A DNA stretch of 64,000 nt from NCBI GenBank assembly GCA_951406725.2, contig OX597831.1, positions 40,858,001-40,922,000 on the forward strand, in the 5' to 3' direction. Position numbers and translations under genes: made by a program. The stretch's first letter is position 1. Each line of letters opens with the position of its first letter. The DNA comes from Octopus vulgaris (Eukaryota). The notes beneath the pieces are model-generated. The model had not been told where the DNA came from. It did no database searches and saw only the letters and a list, made by a program, of their open reading frames with translations. Shown in pieces: positions 41,024 through 55,639 of the stretch.

Positions 41024-41254
41024 TCTTTTATTTGTTTCAGTCATTTCACTGCGACCATGCTGGAGCACCGCCTTTAGTCAAGCAAATCGACCCCAGGACT
41101 TATTCTTTGTAAGCCTAGTACTTATTCTATCGGTCTCTTTTGCCGAACCGCTAAGTTGCGGGGACGTAAACACACCAACATCGGTTTATCAAGCGATGTT
41201 GGAGGGACAAACACAGACACACAAACATATACACACACATACATATATATATAC

Positions 41255-41315
<61 letters not shown>

Positions 41316-41712
41316 CATACATACGATGGGCTTCTTTCAGTTTCCGTCTACCAAATCTACTCACAAGGCTTTGGTCGGCCCGAGGCTATAGTAGAAGACA
41401 GTTGTCCAAGGTGCCACGCAGTGGGACTGAACCCGGAACCATGTGGTTCATAAGCAAGCTACTTACTGCACAGCCACACCTGCGTCTATATATATATGTA
41501 TTATACTAAAATACTGGCTTCAATTTTGGCACGCAAGCATTGGTCTGTGAAACAGAGACAGGCGTTACTGTGTGGTAAGAAGTTTGCTTATAAACCACGT
41601 GGTTCTCGGTTCAGTCCCAGTGCGTGGCAACTTGGACAAGCGCCTTCTACTATCGCTCCGGACCAATGTATTGTGAGTGGATTAGGCAGAAAGAAACTGA
41701 AAGAAGACCGTA

Positions 41713-41798
<86 letters not shown>

Positions 41799-41938
41799 CA
41801 AAATAGGACAAGAACGCAAAACATCCAAATAGACGATACAAAAAACACGGACAGATCATTCGAAGCCTTTAATCTTCAGTCAAGAACCGGATCATTCTCG
41901 CACTTTGGGCTGGTCCTACGCAAGAGTGGCTATGTTAA

Positions 41939-41980
<42 letters not shown>

Positions 41981-42139
41981 ACGCAGGAGTGTCTGTGTGG
42001 TAAGAAGCTTGCTTCCCAACCACATGGTTCCGGGTTCAGTCCCACTGCATGGCACTTTGGGCAAGTGTCTTCTACTACAGCCTCGGGCTAAGCAAAGCCT
42101 TGTGAGTGGATTTGGTTGACAGAAACTGAAAGAGCCCGT

Positions 42140-42198
<59 letters not shown>

Positions 42199-42370
42199 GT
42201 ATGTATTTATCCTCCTATCATCGTTTGACAACCGATGTTGGTCTATTTACGTCCCCGTAACTTAGTGGTTCGGTTCGGCAAAAGAGACTGATAGTACTAA
42301 ACTTACAAAGAATATGTCTTGGGGTCCATTTGTCGGACTAAACTCTTCAAGCTGGTATCCCAGCATGACC
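41021..42370. mobile_element. SINE-B cluster: 41021-41485 (-), 41558-41715 (+, 5' half), 41981-42370 (+)
   Basis: Consensus matches; each copy has an internal (TA)n. Confidence 0.88.
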
Positions 42371-42754
42371 GAAAGGATGAAAGGCAAAGTCAACCTCGGC
42401 GGCATATTTTAAAAATAATCCCCTCTGCTATAAGCACAAGGTCTGAAACTTTGTGGGCAGGATGTAAGTTGATTACATCGACCCCAGAGCTCAACTGGCA
42501 CGTTTGTCATTAACCCTGAAAGTATGAAAGGCAAAGCTGACCTCGGCGGGATTTGAACTCACAACGTTATTTTAAAATAATGAAAATCGTTTTCAAGTTG
42601 TGAGTGTGTCTGTTTGTGTGTCTGTTTGTGTGATTGTGCAATATTTAAAACATCTTGTATTAAATTTGTTGGTGTTGATGTTGTTATTATCGACTGATGG
42701 CAGGAGACGATCCGGCGCGGCTGTTTGGATGTTGACCATTTGGCATGGTTGACT

Positions 42755-43003
42755 TGTGAAAGGTAGGAGAGTCCAGTTTGCTGGACATTGTTGTAGAGCT
42801 GAAAAAGAAGTAATTTCTACTCTTCTCCTCTGGAAGCCATCTACTCGCAATACCAGAGGGCGCACACTCTCCTACCCTGATGTAATCTCCAGGGATACAG
42901 GCATCCAGCAACAGGACCTCCGTAATGCCATGATGGACCGTGAAGTCTGGCGTAGCATGGTAAATTCCATTGTCTCGACCACGGTCGAACAATGATGATG
43001 ATG
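42755..43003 (+). mobile_element. 5'-truncated RTE-clade LINE with (ATG)n tail and 10-bp TSD
   Basis: VKGRRVQFAGHCCRAEKEVISTLLLWKP..RGRTLSYPDVISRDTG..AMMDREVWRSMV*; TSD ATGGTTGACT at 42745-42754 and 43004-43013. Confidence 0.88.
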
Positions 43004-43254
43004 ATGGTTGACTGTTTTGGAGACTGTACTTCTTTGCCTTGGAGAGCAAACCCACACATATTCACTCACACACACACACACACACACACATACGCATATA
43101 GACACACACGCACACACATACGCTCTCACTCTCTCACACACTCTCTCTTTCACACATACTCACACACATACTGTCACTGACACACACCTACTCACACACA
43201 CCAACACACGCACAAGTGTTTGCGCTGAAAGATAGGGAGACAGTGGCACAGTGA

Positions 43255-43395
<141 letters not shown>

Positions 43396-43536
43396 AAAAT
43401 TTACTATATCAAAAATATATCACTCGATACAAAAATTACTTTTAATTAGCAATACCGATAAAATTACCGGACTATTCGAGGTTTGGACCTACGTCTTTAT
43501 TCATACCACACACACGCCTATGGATTTATAGATATC

Positions 43537-43592
43537 ATGAAACGATTATGTTTCGAAACTTACAGGCGTAAACGCTTCCGTTTTTCGTTAAG
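43537..43592 (+). other. Candidate first coding exon (MKRLCFETYRRKRFRFSL)
   Basis: ATC-ATG context (A at -3), open frame to AAG|GTAAGC donor, in repeat-free sequence. Confidence 0.25.
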
Positions 43593-44733
43593 GTAAGCAG
43601 TTGATCTGAGTGATCTCCCTTAACTGAAATATTAACTTTATCGAATAATATTTTTGTAGAAGATCAAGGGAGGACAATATGTTGCATAGAATTAATAAAG
43701 GTTGGTATATTATGAATGGAGGGAGGAAGATCATAATGTTGGCGGAGAGAGGAAGCTGTGTGCTGAAAGAAAAGTAACATAGAGAAATGAGAGAAAGTGG
43801 ACAGAAGCCCTAACGTGAAGAGAATCCAAATGTCCGTACATTTGTCTGATTCATTCAAATAAAGGTGGTGCCTTCCTAGTTTTGTAACAGGTCCTTTTCC
43901 CAGTCTCTGCATTTCCCAAATATCTCTGATCAAAAAGTTAAAGGTAGAAGTTGCTAAGTATAACATTACATTGAAAATAATTCACGGATCATTGAAAAGC
44001 CTTGAAAAAATGAAAGCAAGCGATGTGAGGTGACGTACGGCAGTGAAAAATGTCCTCGGGCGATTACACTGCCAAAACTTCTATTTAAACACCGCATCAA
44101 AGATATTTTGGATACGAAGACGTTTCAAAAATCATGTTACGGAAGTAAAAAAGAAACTCACCAAATTAAGACCATCAAACACAAATGCTTTGGAATTATT
44201 TTGTTAAAGAATTCAACGTTTTTCTTTATAATGTCTTTCATCTTGATCCTTTTCTATTTCTCTTATTTCTTTATCGTATTATATTTTTCCCTCCAGCACC
44301 TATCTTCTGTTACAGCTATTATGTTTTACCATATTCTCATTGGTAATGTATCAATCGACGCTTAAATCGTAACCTATTCTTGATCGATCTGTCCATCCCT
44401 AAAAATTAACATCTGAAACTGTCAAAAGGGATACTGAAAGCTATTTGATAAGAAATTTTCTCTTAACAGAAGCGGAATTTTTCTACTTTTATTTCTTCAA
44501 AATATCTTTTTTTATTAATATCTGTAAACGCGTAGAGATATTGGGAATGAATAAATGAATACTGAGTGAGAAATCATTGCTACTCTGATATTTTTTTCCT
44601 CCTATTAGTATACATGTGCGTGTGGGTGTGTGGCCTCTGTCACTCTCCCTCTCACTTTCTCTTTCTCCATCCCCCTCTCTCTCTCAACACATATATATAT
44701 ATTTCTCTCTATCTCTCTCTCACTGTATATCTG

Positions 44734-44766
<33 letters not shown>

Positions 44767-44777
44767 GTATATATATG

Positions 44778-44808
<31 letters not shown>

Positions 44809-44848
44809 TTGTGTGTGTGTGTGCGTGTGTGTGTGTGTATGTGTGTGT

Positions 44849-45183
44849 GAAGGCGCATGGCTCAGTGGTAACAGCGTCGAGTTTACGATCGTAAGGTTTT
44901 GAGTTCGAATCTCGGACAGGGCAGCGTGTTGCGTTCTTGAGCAAGAGACTTTATTTAACGTTGCTCCAGTTCACTCAGCTGCAGAAATGAGTTGCGAAGT
45001 TAAGGGTGCCAAGTTGTATCGGCCTTTGCCTTTCCCTTGGATAACACTGGTGGCGTGGAGAGTGGAGGCCGGTATGCATGGGCGGCTACTAGTCTTCCAT
45101 AAACAACCTTGCCCAGACTTGTGCCTGGGAGGGAAACTTTCTAGATGCAATCCCACGGTCAGTCATGACCGAAGGGGGTCTCA
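44849..45183 (+). mobile_element. SINE-D, full length
   Basis: Matches 11038-11375. Confidence 0.9.
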
Positions 45184-45184
45184 C

Positions 45185-45243
<59 letters not shown>

Positions 45244-45487
45244 GAGAGAGAGAAAGAAATATATGTATATAAGTTAGGTGGAAGATATAAACATTAGCAA
45301 CTCCAATTTCGGAGTAATACACATCAGAAAGTACTTTTATTCGACGCACCGGTTTAGTTGCATTCTTGGTGTTTTTATATTCAGCACAAGTTATATGCAT
45401 ATATGTATCTCTCTCTTACACACTACCTCTCACATCCTCTGTCCCCCAGGTTTTTAGCTATCCATATATATGTGTGCGTGTGTGTGT

Positions 45488-45562
<75 letters not shown>

Positions 45563-45616
45563 CACGCACATATATACATATATATATACACATACATATA
45601 TATATAATTATATATA

Positions 45617-45660
<44 letters not shown>

Positions 45661-46022
45661 TGTGTGTGGAGCGGGGTGTCTGTGTCTGTGTGTGTGTGTG
45701 TATTTCCGATGGAAATACAATTAATTTATGGTTCTTCGATTCCGAACCTATATTAAATTATGCCATTCTTCACAATAAGCACGATATAAAATATACATTG
45801 TTGCGAAATCTTAGCCGCTTTACTTAGTCGAGAGAACTATACTAATGATGCTGACGTTGTTGTTGCTGGTGCTGTTGTTGTTGTTGTCGTCGTGTATACC
45901 ATAATGTATAGTGTAGTTCATCTATCACTCCCTCTCTCCTTCTCTTTCTCTCTCTCTCTATCACCTCTTCCTTTTCCTCTTTATTCTTGCCCTTTTCTTG
46001 TCGATCTGTAACGCTCCTTCAT

Positions 46023-46064
<42 letters not shown>

Positions 46065-46115
46065 CACACACATTCACACATACATATATATACAAATATC
46101 TATCCTTCTATATAG

Positions 46116-46221
<106 letters not shown>

Positions 46222-46460
46222 CAAGGTTTGCATGTAAATATACATGTACATAAATGTAAACATGTACGTAAATGTATATATATATGTACGTATAAACATA
46301 CATATATTTAGAGAGAAAGAGATAGATAGATACATAGATAGATAGATAGATACATACATACATACATACATACATACATACAAACATACATACATACATA
46401 CATACATACATACATACCTACATACATAGACAGTCAGATGGATATATATATATACAAATA

Positions 46461-46524
<64 letters not shown>

Positions 46525-46532
46525 ATACATAC

Positions 46533-46623
<91 letters not shown>

Positions 46624-46801
46624 CACAGACATCCACATATATCTATATATAGCTAACAACATGTATGCACACATACATTTCTGAATGTATACGAATACAA
46701 GTACATCCAAATGGATTCGTGTAAATGTATACTAATGTGTGCACGTTTGTGTCTAAATCTATGTGCCACCATGCTTTGTGCGTCTGTGCCTCTGTATCTG
46801 C

Positions 46802-46866
<65 letters not shown>

Positions 46867-47376
46867 TATGTACATGGGGTTATCAATATTACGTATGCTA
46901 AACCTTTCAGCATCTCGAATTTGCATAAAATTTTCAACTGGTGACCAGCCCTGTTCATTAGCTTTTGCCTATTGTGATCGCCTCCACGTTCATTCATTCA
47001 TTCATTCATTTATGCAAAAGTTACTACTACTACTACTATTATTACTACTATTACTACTACTACTACTGCTACTACTACTATTGCATGTCTTTTCTTAGAC
47101 CTATTTCTCTAGGTTTCATTGTTATTTCCAATATCCGTCGTCTGCCCCCTACACCCCACTTCTTTTATTGCCCCCTTTTTTTTATAGTCTCCAGAAGCAG
47201 ATATTGACAAATTTCCATTAAACCAGCAGCTTTGCATCACGAAAAGGCATATTCGCGCGCGCGCACACACACACATACATATACATATAAATACCAATAC
47301 AGAGACATGCATGCATACATGCATCCATATGTGTATACACATATATATAAACATATATATATGTATGTATGTGTGT

Positions 47377-47414
<38 letters not shown>

Positions 47415-47593
47415 GCAAATAGATACAAATACACATATATACATATATACATATATGTGTATATACATATATGTGTGTATGTGCGCCTATACATATAGAT
47501 ATATATTTATATATTATATTTATTACACACATATTTATATATGTGTGTTATATACATATACACACACGCACGCACATACACACTCACACACAC

Positions 47594-47654
<61 letters not shown>

Positions 47655-47934
47655 TGTATGTATGCATGTATGTATGTAAGTATGTATGTATGTATGAATA
47701 TATATACGCATGCATGCATATTTATTACGTAGGCCTGATAAATATTGAGAAATACTGAATTCTTACGAATATTGGTATTCATTGCAGCAGATAATAGAGT
47801 AAGGAACCAGTATGAAGATGTAGTGTTGAATAATCCGAAGCATTGTATCTTAAAACTAAGGTTTTATTGTAATATTCTATAGAAGGAGCCTTTAAGATGC
47901 TGCTTCGAACGACGAGGAATAGCTGTAAAATCTC

Positions 47935-48338
47935 AGGCGGTAAGCTGGCAGAATCGTTAGCACGCCGGGCGAAATGCTTAGCAGTAGTTCGTCTGCCGCT
48001 ACGTTCTGAGTTCAAATTCCGCCGAGGTCGACTTTGCCTTTCATCCTTTCGGAGTCGATTAAATAAGTACCAGTAACGTACTGGGGTCGATGTAATCGAC
48101 TTAATCCCTTTGTCTGTCCTTGTTTGTCCTCTCTGTGTTTAGCCCCTTATGGGTAGTAAAGAAATAGGCATTTCGTCTGAGTTCAAATTCCGTCGAGGTC
48201 GACTTAGCCTTTCATCCTTTCAGAGTCGATAAATTAAGTACCAGTTACGCACTGGGGTCAATGTAATCGACTTAATCCCTTTCTCTGTCCTTGTTTGTCC
48301 CCTCTATGTTTAGCTCCTTGTGGACAATAAAGAAATAA
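47935..48338 (+). mobile_element. SINE-A dimer flanked by one perfect 18-bp TSD
   Basis: GAATAGCTGTAAAATCTC at 47917-47934 and 48339-48356. Confidence 0.95.
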
Positions 48339-48556
48339 GAATAGCTGTAAAATCTCCCCCAAATCGCATTCACACACATCCATGCTCCGTGTACGCGCAA
48401 ATATGCATCCATATGTGCGTGAGTGTGTGTGAGATGTGTGTGTATCTGTGTGCGTGTCTGTGTGTGTGTATATATATATATATAAATATATATAGATACG
48501 AAAACAAACAGACAGATAGACAAGCAGACAGATAGGCAAACAGATAGATAGCTAGC

Positions 48557-48644
<88 letters not shown>

Positions 48645-48904
48645 CGGACAAGGAGACAGGCAGCCAAATGGTAGGTAGGTAGGTAGGTAAGTAGGTAAGT
48701 AGGTAGGTTGGTAGGATGGATAGCTAGATAGACAGACAGACAGACAGAGATTTGTGTGTGTGTGTGAATGTCATTGTCATTGTTCAGTTTTATTTCAAGA
48801 TTTTTTGCCAATAGAAAAAGAGCTGCTTTCTAACCTAGATTCAAGGTGCCTTCGTTTGAATTTCAACATCGTTTGTATGTATGTATGTATGTATGTATGT
48901 ATGT

Positions 48905-49290
48905 ATTCTTTTATTCTTTTTCTTGTTTCAGTTATTTGACTGCGGCCATACTGAAGCACCGCCTTTAGTCAAGCAAATCGACCCCAGGACTTATTATTTC
49001 TAAACCTAGTACTTATTCTATCGGTCATTTTTACTGAACCGCTAAGTTACGAGGACGTAGACGCACAACTATCGGTTGTCAAGCGATGTTGGGGGAACAA
49101 ACACAGAGACACAAACACACACGTATATGGATATATACGGGCTTCTTTTAGTTTCCGTCTACCAAATCCACTCACAAGGCTTTGGTCGGCCCAAGGCTAT
49201 AGTAGAAGAGACTTAACCAAGGTGCCATGCAGTGGGACTGAACCCAAAACCATGTGGTTGGTAACCGAACTAGTTACCACACAGTCACGT
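48905..49290 (-). mobile_element. SINE-B inserted in a (TATG)n tract
   Basis: Consensus match. Confidence 0.88.
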
Positions 49291-49309
49291 ACGTATGTAC
49301 GTGTGTAGA

Positions 49310-50148
49310 TATGTATGTTTTGCTTTATGCATGTATTCTCAAGCATATAGTTACATATCTAGACATGCTGATATATATTTAAATGATAAACTCTGTAACG
49401 TTTTACAGATGTTTACAGTTCCACTGATAGATTGGATCTGTAGTCTTCGAATTAACTTTCTCCTTTCTGGCTTTGAGAAGCTTAATTTCTGAAATTTGGT
49501 ATTTAGGCAGTGTGTTAACTATCCCAGGGTCCCAATAATTACAGGTATAAACCTCTGGATAGAGTAAGTGCAGATTTCTGAATAGTTCAGCGTAGGTATT
49601 CTCTTTTTCACTGATCTTCAGCTATATGCTAATATCCGCTGGGCAGCTAATTTCCACAACTTTACAGTTTCTCTTCCCTATCCCAAATTACTATATCAGG
49701 CTTCTTGTGCTTACATTTTATTGAAGTCTTCACTGGGACTGTCTACCAGTATTCCTTTTTATTATGAGTGGCTATCGCTTCTACCTTACTGTGGGTTCTT
49801 ATTTCTTTGTCCTCGGGGCTATCATTCAGACGGATTTCATTATAGAATGTCCTCGTGATGGCATTTTGGGACACCTGTTTATGATATGTGTGATCTTCAG
49901 TGTTAACTTCACAAAGTCTGCATCGGTTATCACACTTTACTGTTTTTCGTGCTTCTCTATCCCTTTCGTTCATCAGGTACTTGGTTGATATTTCCTGTTC
50001 CTGGATTGCATACGCATACCCTTCAAAGTGGCAGGCAGTAACTTCGCTAGTGGTCCAGGATAAACTGCTTTGATGATGAATGTTACTATCATCTCGGGGA
50101 TTTCTACTAACATGAATAGTCTTCTGCTCATATAAGCTCCTTTCATCA
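49310..50148 (-). mobile_element. Degraded R4-type RLE LINE 3' fragment bounded by (TATG)n
   Basis: HFEGYAYAIQEQEISTKYL..CDNRCRLCEVNTED..KKEYW..KPDIVIW..FIPVIIGTLG..IQSISGTVNICKT. Its 3'UTR may continue at 48780-48870 (inference). Confidence 0.75.
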
Positions 50149-51324
50149 TGTGTATGTATGTATGTATGTATGTATGCATGCATGTATGTATGTATGTATG
50201 TATGCATGTATGTATGTATGTATGCATGCATGCATGCATGTATGTATGTATGTATGTATGTATGTATGTATGTATGTATGTATGTATGTATGTATGTATG
50301 TATGTATGTATGTATGTATGTATGTGTGTATGTGAATTTATTTATCAGCGTTGTTGATTTAACAGCCAGCCAAGTTGCGTTCCAAGTTATCGATTCGGGT
50401 TAGACAACTGGTTAAAGCTCATCTCATTTATTCTTGACTTTCCCCCAGCATGACAACAGCAGACAAGCTCGAAAAATACATAGAATAACTGTCATAAGAT
50501 TCGTGTAAGAAAATTTGAGGGAATGTGATTAAGAAAGAGGAAAAATAATTAAGAAAACTTATGTCATGTTAAATAAAGAAACGGGTAATTAGGTGTAATT
50601 CAGACTTACAAATACATAGGAATTAGTAAAAGAGGCAGAATGCAACACAAACCAACGATAGAAAAGGATTGGAAAAGACAATAGAGACGCATTAGATTAA
50701 TACTTGAAAGAGAGCAAAGCGTAAAAGTAAGTTAATAGGTATCGACACTCTAGCTGGAACAGTAATATGCTTCAGTTTTAATATTCTCATGTGAGGGCTA
50801 CGTTAAATTAATAAAAGTAGACAAAGAGAAAACTAGAAGACTAATGAGATTATAGTTAGTACGGAGTATTGCGAATTAAGGTAATGGAATTTGAGAAAGC
50901 CACTACATTGGAAGTTTTGGAAATAGAGAATAAAACAGGAGCGAAACGAGCAAAGCTGAAAGAAGTAAAATGGCTTACTGTTCCGATATTCAAAATTTAA
51001 AAATAAAAATCACTGACGAAAAACATGGTGGAGGAGTTGGCTCCAACAGCAATAAAGGGAGATAATGGCTACATTTAGGATAGACAACCCAGAACACGAT
51101 ACCGAAAGATTATATTTACAGTCGATACAGGGAGATATGGGGCTAAAATATGTATATCTGTCTTTCTATGAATCTACCTATCTATATCTGTTTATATATG
51201 CATATATATATATATATATATATAGTTAATCCAAACATGAAAACACAAAGAGAAAACACAACAACGCGAGGACGTGGAACAAGTGGTGTTATTGGACGCT
51301 CAGGAAAGGAAGGAAATAAGGAGG

Positions 51325-51359
51325 ATTTAACGTTTCGAGCGGAGCTCTTCGTCAGAAAC
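51325..51359 (-). ncRNA. Minimal hammerhead motif with canonical core, in a roughly 200-bp repeat (51225-51425)
   Basis: Minus strand: GTTT-CTGACGA-A-GAGC TCC GCTC-GAA-ACGT-T-AAAT. Confidence 0.75.
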
Positions 51360-53492
51360 ATAGGAAAAGGAAAGATCCAAGGAAGGGAAGTCGGAGGAAA
51401 ATATTCGCCAACGGTACATACGTGGAGAGAGAGAGAGAGTGTGTGTGTGTGTGAGGTACATGTATATATACGACGGACTTCCATTCGGTTTCTATCTGCC
51501 GGATTCAATCACAAAGTATCAGTCAATCCGTGTGTATAGTAGCAAGCACAATCCCAAAGTGTCGCAAAGTGGGACTAAACACAAAACAACATGGCTGCAA
51601 AGCGAACTTTAAAACCACAAAGCCATATCTACGCCTATGTGAAGACTCTGAAAAGGCATTTAACGTCATTGTTCCTAACCACCTAATCCAAACCAAAGAA
51701 GAATTCATCCACGAGAGGGAAGAGTTTGGAGTTTTTACAGAGAGGAAATTATGTCAACATTAAAAGATAATCTCTTATCAGGATCATCAAAAGAATAAGT
51801 CCTGGGGTCGATTTGCTCGACTATATGCGGTGCTCCAGCATGGCCGCAGTCAAATGACTGAAGCAAGTAAAAGAGTAAAGAGTAAAGAGATAGAATAAAT
51901 AGTAGAGGGTAAAAAAACGATAGTACAGGAGCCGATTTGTTCGACTAAAACGAACCTTCCGGTCGATGACCTTCAATGCAGTGACAGATACAAGCAAATG
52001 GTAAACGATAAAAGATATACGCTGCAAATGTTATTGGCCTGGTGCCTAAATTACAAACAATTATTTCAACCAACCAACAACCTGTATTCTGACACCTCTG
52101 ACGTGAGTCTGGTGGCTGTTCCAAAGAAGAAAAGCTATCAATCAGGAAACCAGTTACAGAGAACTAGTGATTGTTAACGTCAGTTAAATCTTAGAGGAAG
52201 AACTTAGCTCGAGACATCAATCAATTCTCTTGTATTGCTCGTGACAGACGTATTTATCTAAACTAGCGAAATCAGGAATATAAAATGTATATTATCGTGC
52301 GGCTGAAGCAAAAATATTTTAAACGATCACAAGTGGAGGCTAACTTCTCTCCTTTTCCAGATTGTATTTCAGTTTAATCACCGAGTGAAATTATCGCATA
52401 AATATTTGTTCTGTCAGATAATTTCTCACTCGTCTCTCAAATCGTCTTCTCGTTGTAATTACTAACCGCCTAAACACGTTGAATTACCATTTAAATAGCC
52501 ATTTTTTTTTTCTTTCTTTTTGTTGTTGTCCTACTTCCTATGTAGAGAAACTTCGACCATTTATTTTTACTATCCTGCATCTTGCAGAATTTGTCACTTC
52601 TGTCCATAAAGATAATTTCAGACAAAATGATAAGAATCGTATCATCTGATTAGAAAGTGAATTCCACTGATTTGATAAGGTCTGGACTGATTCTGTGTGA
52701 GCATTTGATGATCTTTTATCAGTATTCTCTTTTCGTTAGTGGATTATGGCTTTTAAATGTCTTTCGTTTCGTGTGGAGGTTCTGTATAATGGCTGCCATT
52801 CACAGGGAAGCAAACAGGGTAACGAGAGAGAGGGAAAGGAGGGAAAGGAGGAGAAAGGAGGGCGACAAAAAGAGAGAGAAGGAGAGACAGAAAGAAAGAC
52901 AGACAGACAGACAGACAAACTGACATGCAGGTTGGTAGGTAGGTAGGTAGGTAGGTAGGTAGGTAGGTAGGTAGGTAGGTAGGTAGGTAGGTAGGTAGGT
53001 AGGAAAAAAGAGAGAGAGGGGGAGAGAGAGGGATGTCTGAGAAAGAAGGATAGGGAGAGGATGGGAGAGGGAGGAGTGGGAGAGTGAGGAGTTGGAGAGG
53101 GAGAGGGAGGAGTGGGAGAGGGAGAGGGAGGAGGGGAGTAGTGAGAGAGAGAATGGGAGAGGTAGAGGGGAGGGAAGCTCTCGTGTGCCCATTATAATTA
53201 TTGGAAAAACATTTTTGCAAAAATATTTTTTTCCAATAATAATAATGTCTATGACTTGAGATGCTTGCCTTGCCCCAACATTTATTGTCCTCTTTAGCAA
53301 TTATATATCCGCTATATGGGAAATCTGTAATGGCTCCATAACTATCGTCTCGGCTATATTCTTGGAGGGAGCCCTAATAATCGTTATAGCACTTACCTAG
53401 CGTATCTAGTCGTTTAGATCACCTATGAACTAAGCCCCCATATTCAGTATATATATGTGTGTGTGTGTGAGTGAGTGTGTATGTATATATAT

Positions 53493-53586
<94 letters not shown>

Positions 53587-53588
53587 TG

Positions 53589-53760
53589 TTTCTTTATTAG
53601 CCACACAGGGCTGCACACAGACAGAACAAATTACAAGGTAGAGCTTTTCTTTTGGGGGTAAAAAAGAGGGGGTTGGTTTTCGGTCAAAAGGGATCGTAAA
53701 AGGAAAGAAAGAGGACAAAAAAGGGGAGGATTTTAAAAAAAAGGTGGGGAGAGGGAAAAG
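53589..53760 (-). mobile_element. LINE-like 3'UTR ending GTGGCTAATAAAGAAA next to (GATA)n
   Basis: Same terminal 18 nt as the tails at 19417 and 19641; pyrimidine-rich UTR. Confidence 0.5.
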
Positions 53761-54133
53761 ATAATTAATAATACCAAGGGTAATAAGAAATATTAAAAAT
53801 TTCTACTACCAGTGACCTAGCGTGTAAAAATTTAGTCAATAGACTATATAGTATTCATATAAATACAGTGTACATTTAAACACATAAGCACGGAGCATAT
53901 AGTGGATTGCATCGTGTATATATGTTTAAGCTTAGGATTACCTTCTGAAGAAGTTTTCGCCTAGCAAATTATTTTATTTGCTAAAAAGTCTGAAACCACA
54001 GATTTAGATGGTAAATATTTTTAGTTTTCATTCCCTTCGAAGTTTTATCCCTAATATTGGTTTGGAATTTAACTGTTCTGTCTACCGTGCAAGGAGTCCT
54101 ATGATGGATGCCTCTTATGTGTTTCAATATACA

Positions 54134-54288
54134 AGGAGTGGCTGTGTGGTATGTAGCTTGCTTACCAGCCACATGGTTCCGAGTTCAGTCCCACTGCGTG
54201 GTACCTTGGGCAAGTGCCTCGGGCCGATCAGAGCCTTGTGAGTGGATTTGGTAGAAGGAAAGAAGCCCGTCGTAAATATGTATATATT

Positions 54289-54333
<45 letters not shown>

Positions 54334-54501
54334 TTGTGTCTGTGTTTGTCTCCCAACATCGCTTGACAACCGATGCTGGTGTGTTTACGTCCCCGTAACT
54401 TAGCGGTTCGGCAAAAGAGACGATATAATAAGTACTAGGCTTAGAAAGAATAAGTCCTGGGTCGATTTGCTCGACTAAAGGCGGTGCTCCAACATGGCCG
54501 C
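54134..54501 (+). mobile_element. SINE-B
   Basis: Consensus match with small deletions. Confidence 0.88.
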
Positions 54502-55275
54502 ATACGTAGAAAATACGAAAATATAATCAATGATTTGAATGTCGAAGAAAATACTGAGGATTTCATGGAAAGGTCATATCAGAAACGAAGAAATCTTCGG
54601 AAGAGCATCGTTGTGGACACTCCAAGACAGTGATGCAAAACCAACATTGAACTGAACACCGATATGATGGGGTGAAGGAATAAATGAGAATCTTTTCCTT
54701 CCTTGGTTCTTTTTTCTTGCGTATTTCTTTCTTACATTACTTTGACAAAAGGTTCACCCGAAACGTCAATCTGCTTCTATTCCTTCTCTGATTTTGCGGC
54801 GTACGATCCACGGCACACAACGTTACGCTTTTGAGTCCATTTTCACTTTGTGCACCAGCCTTCGAATTTTTGTCTACTCGGTGAAACCTCGTTCGTTGTA
54901 CAATTATCTGTTATACTATCGTTTTATTTGTGTTATTTTACATTTATGTATGTATGTGTGTTTGTGTGTATGAGTGTATGCGTGTGTGTGTTATGCAAGT
55001 ATGAGTAAGTATGATGTATATAGAAATGTTTTGTGTGTGTGTTGTGTGTGTGTAGTTTAATATAATAGATACATAGGTAGACACCTTGATAAATAATACA
55101 CATGCAAATATTGATAGACTGATCGATAGATAGAGATGTATACTTACATATAGATGTACATACATATATACACATTTATACATATTTCCATAAATATAAT
55201 ATAAAATATGTTTGTATATATATATAGATATATATATATATATACACATACATAATATTTAATATAGTGTTATAT

Positions 55276-55410
<135 letters not shown>

Positions 55411-55639
55411 GGACGGAGCAATAATTACCTACAATTGGCTGCTTCTGCGTGTCACGCAAACACTTTTGACAATTTTGAATATATTCGTGTATAAACCATA
55501 ACCCTAGAATTTACATAACCACAGCGACTGCGATTATTTTTGAACTTTTCTGAGATGTGATTCAAAGTTGCTGGAAGATTTTGCAAATAGACATCAACCT
55601 CAGGTGAGTCTGTGCGTGTGTGAATGTGTGGGCATGAGT

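Noticed and set aside
50500-51150. Purine-rich coding-like stretch (also 11900-12580, 34200-34480 and 43660-43960)
   Set aside because: Probably very old retroelement debris, but no motif could be assigned with confidence.
51640-51720. RT motif-like DSEKAFNVI
   Set aside because: Single short motif with no supporting neighbours.
55508-55609. Exon ending at CAG|GTGAGT
   Set aside because: Stops in all frames from the nearest plausible acceptor and a weak pyrimidine tract; a non-coding exon cannot be excluded.
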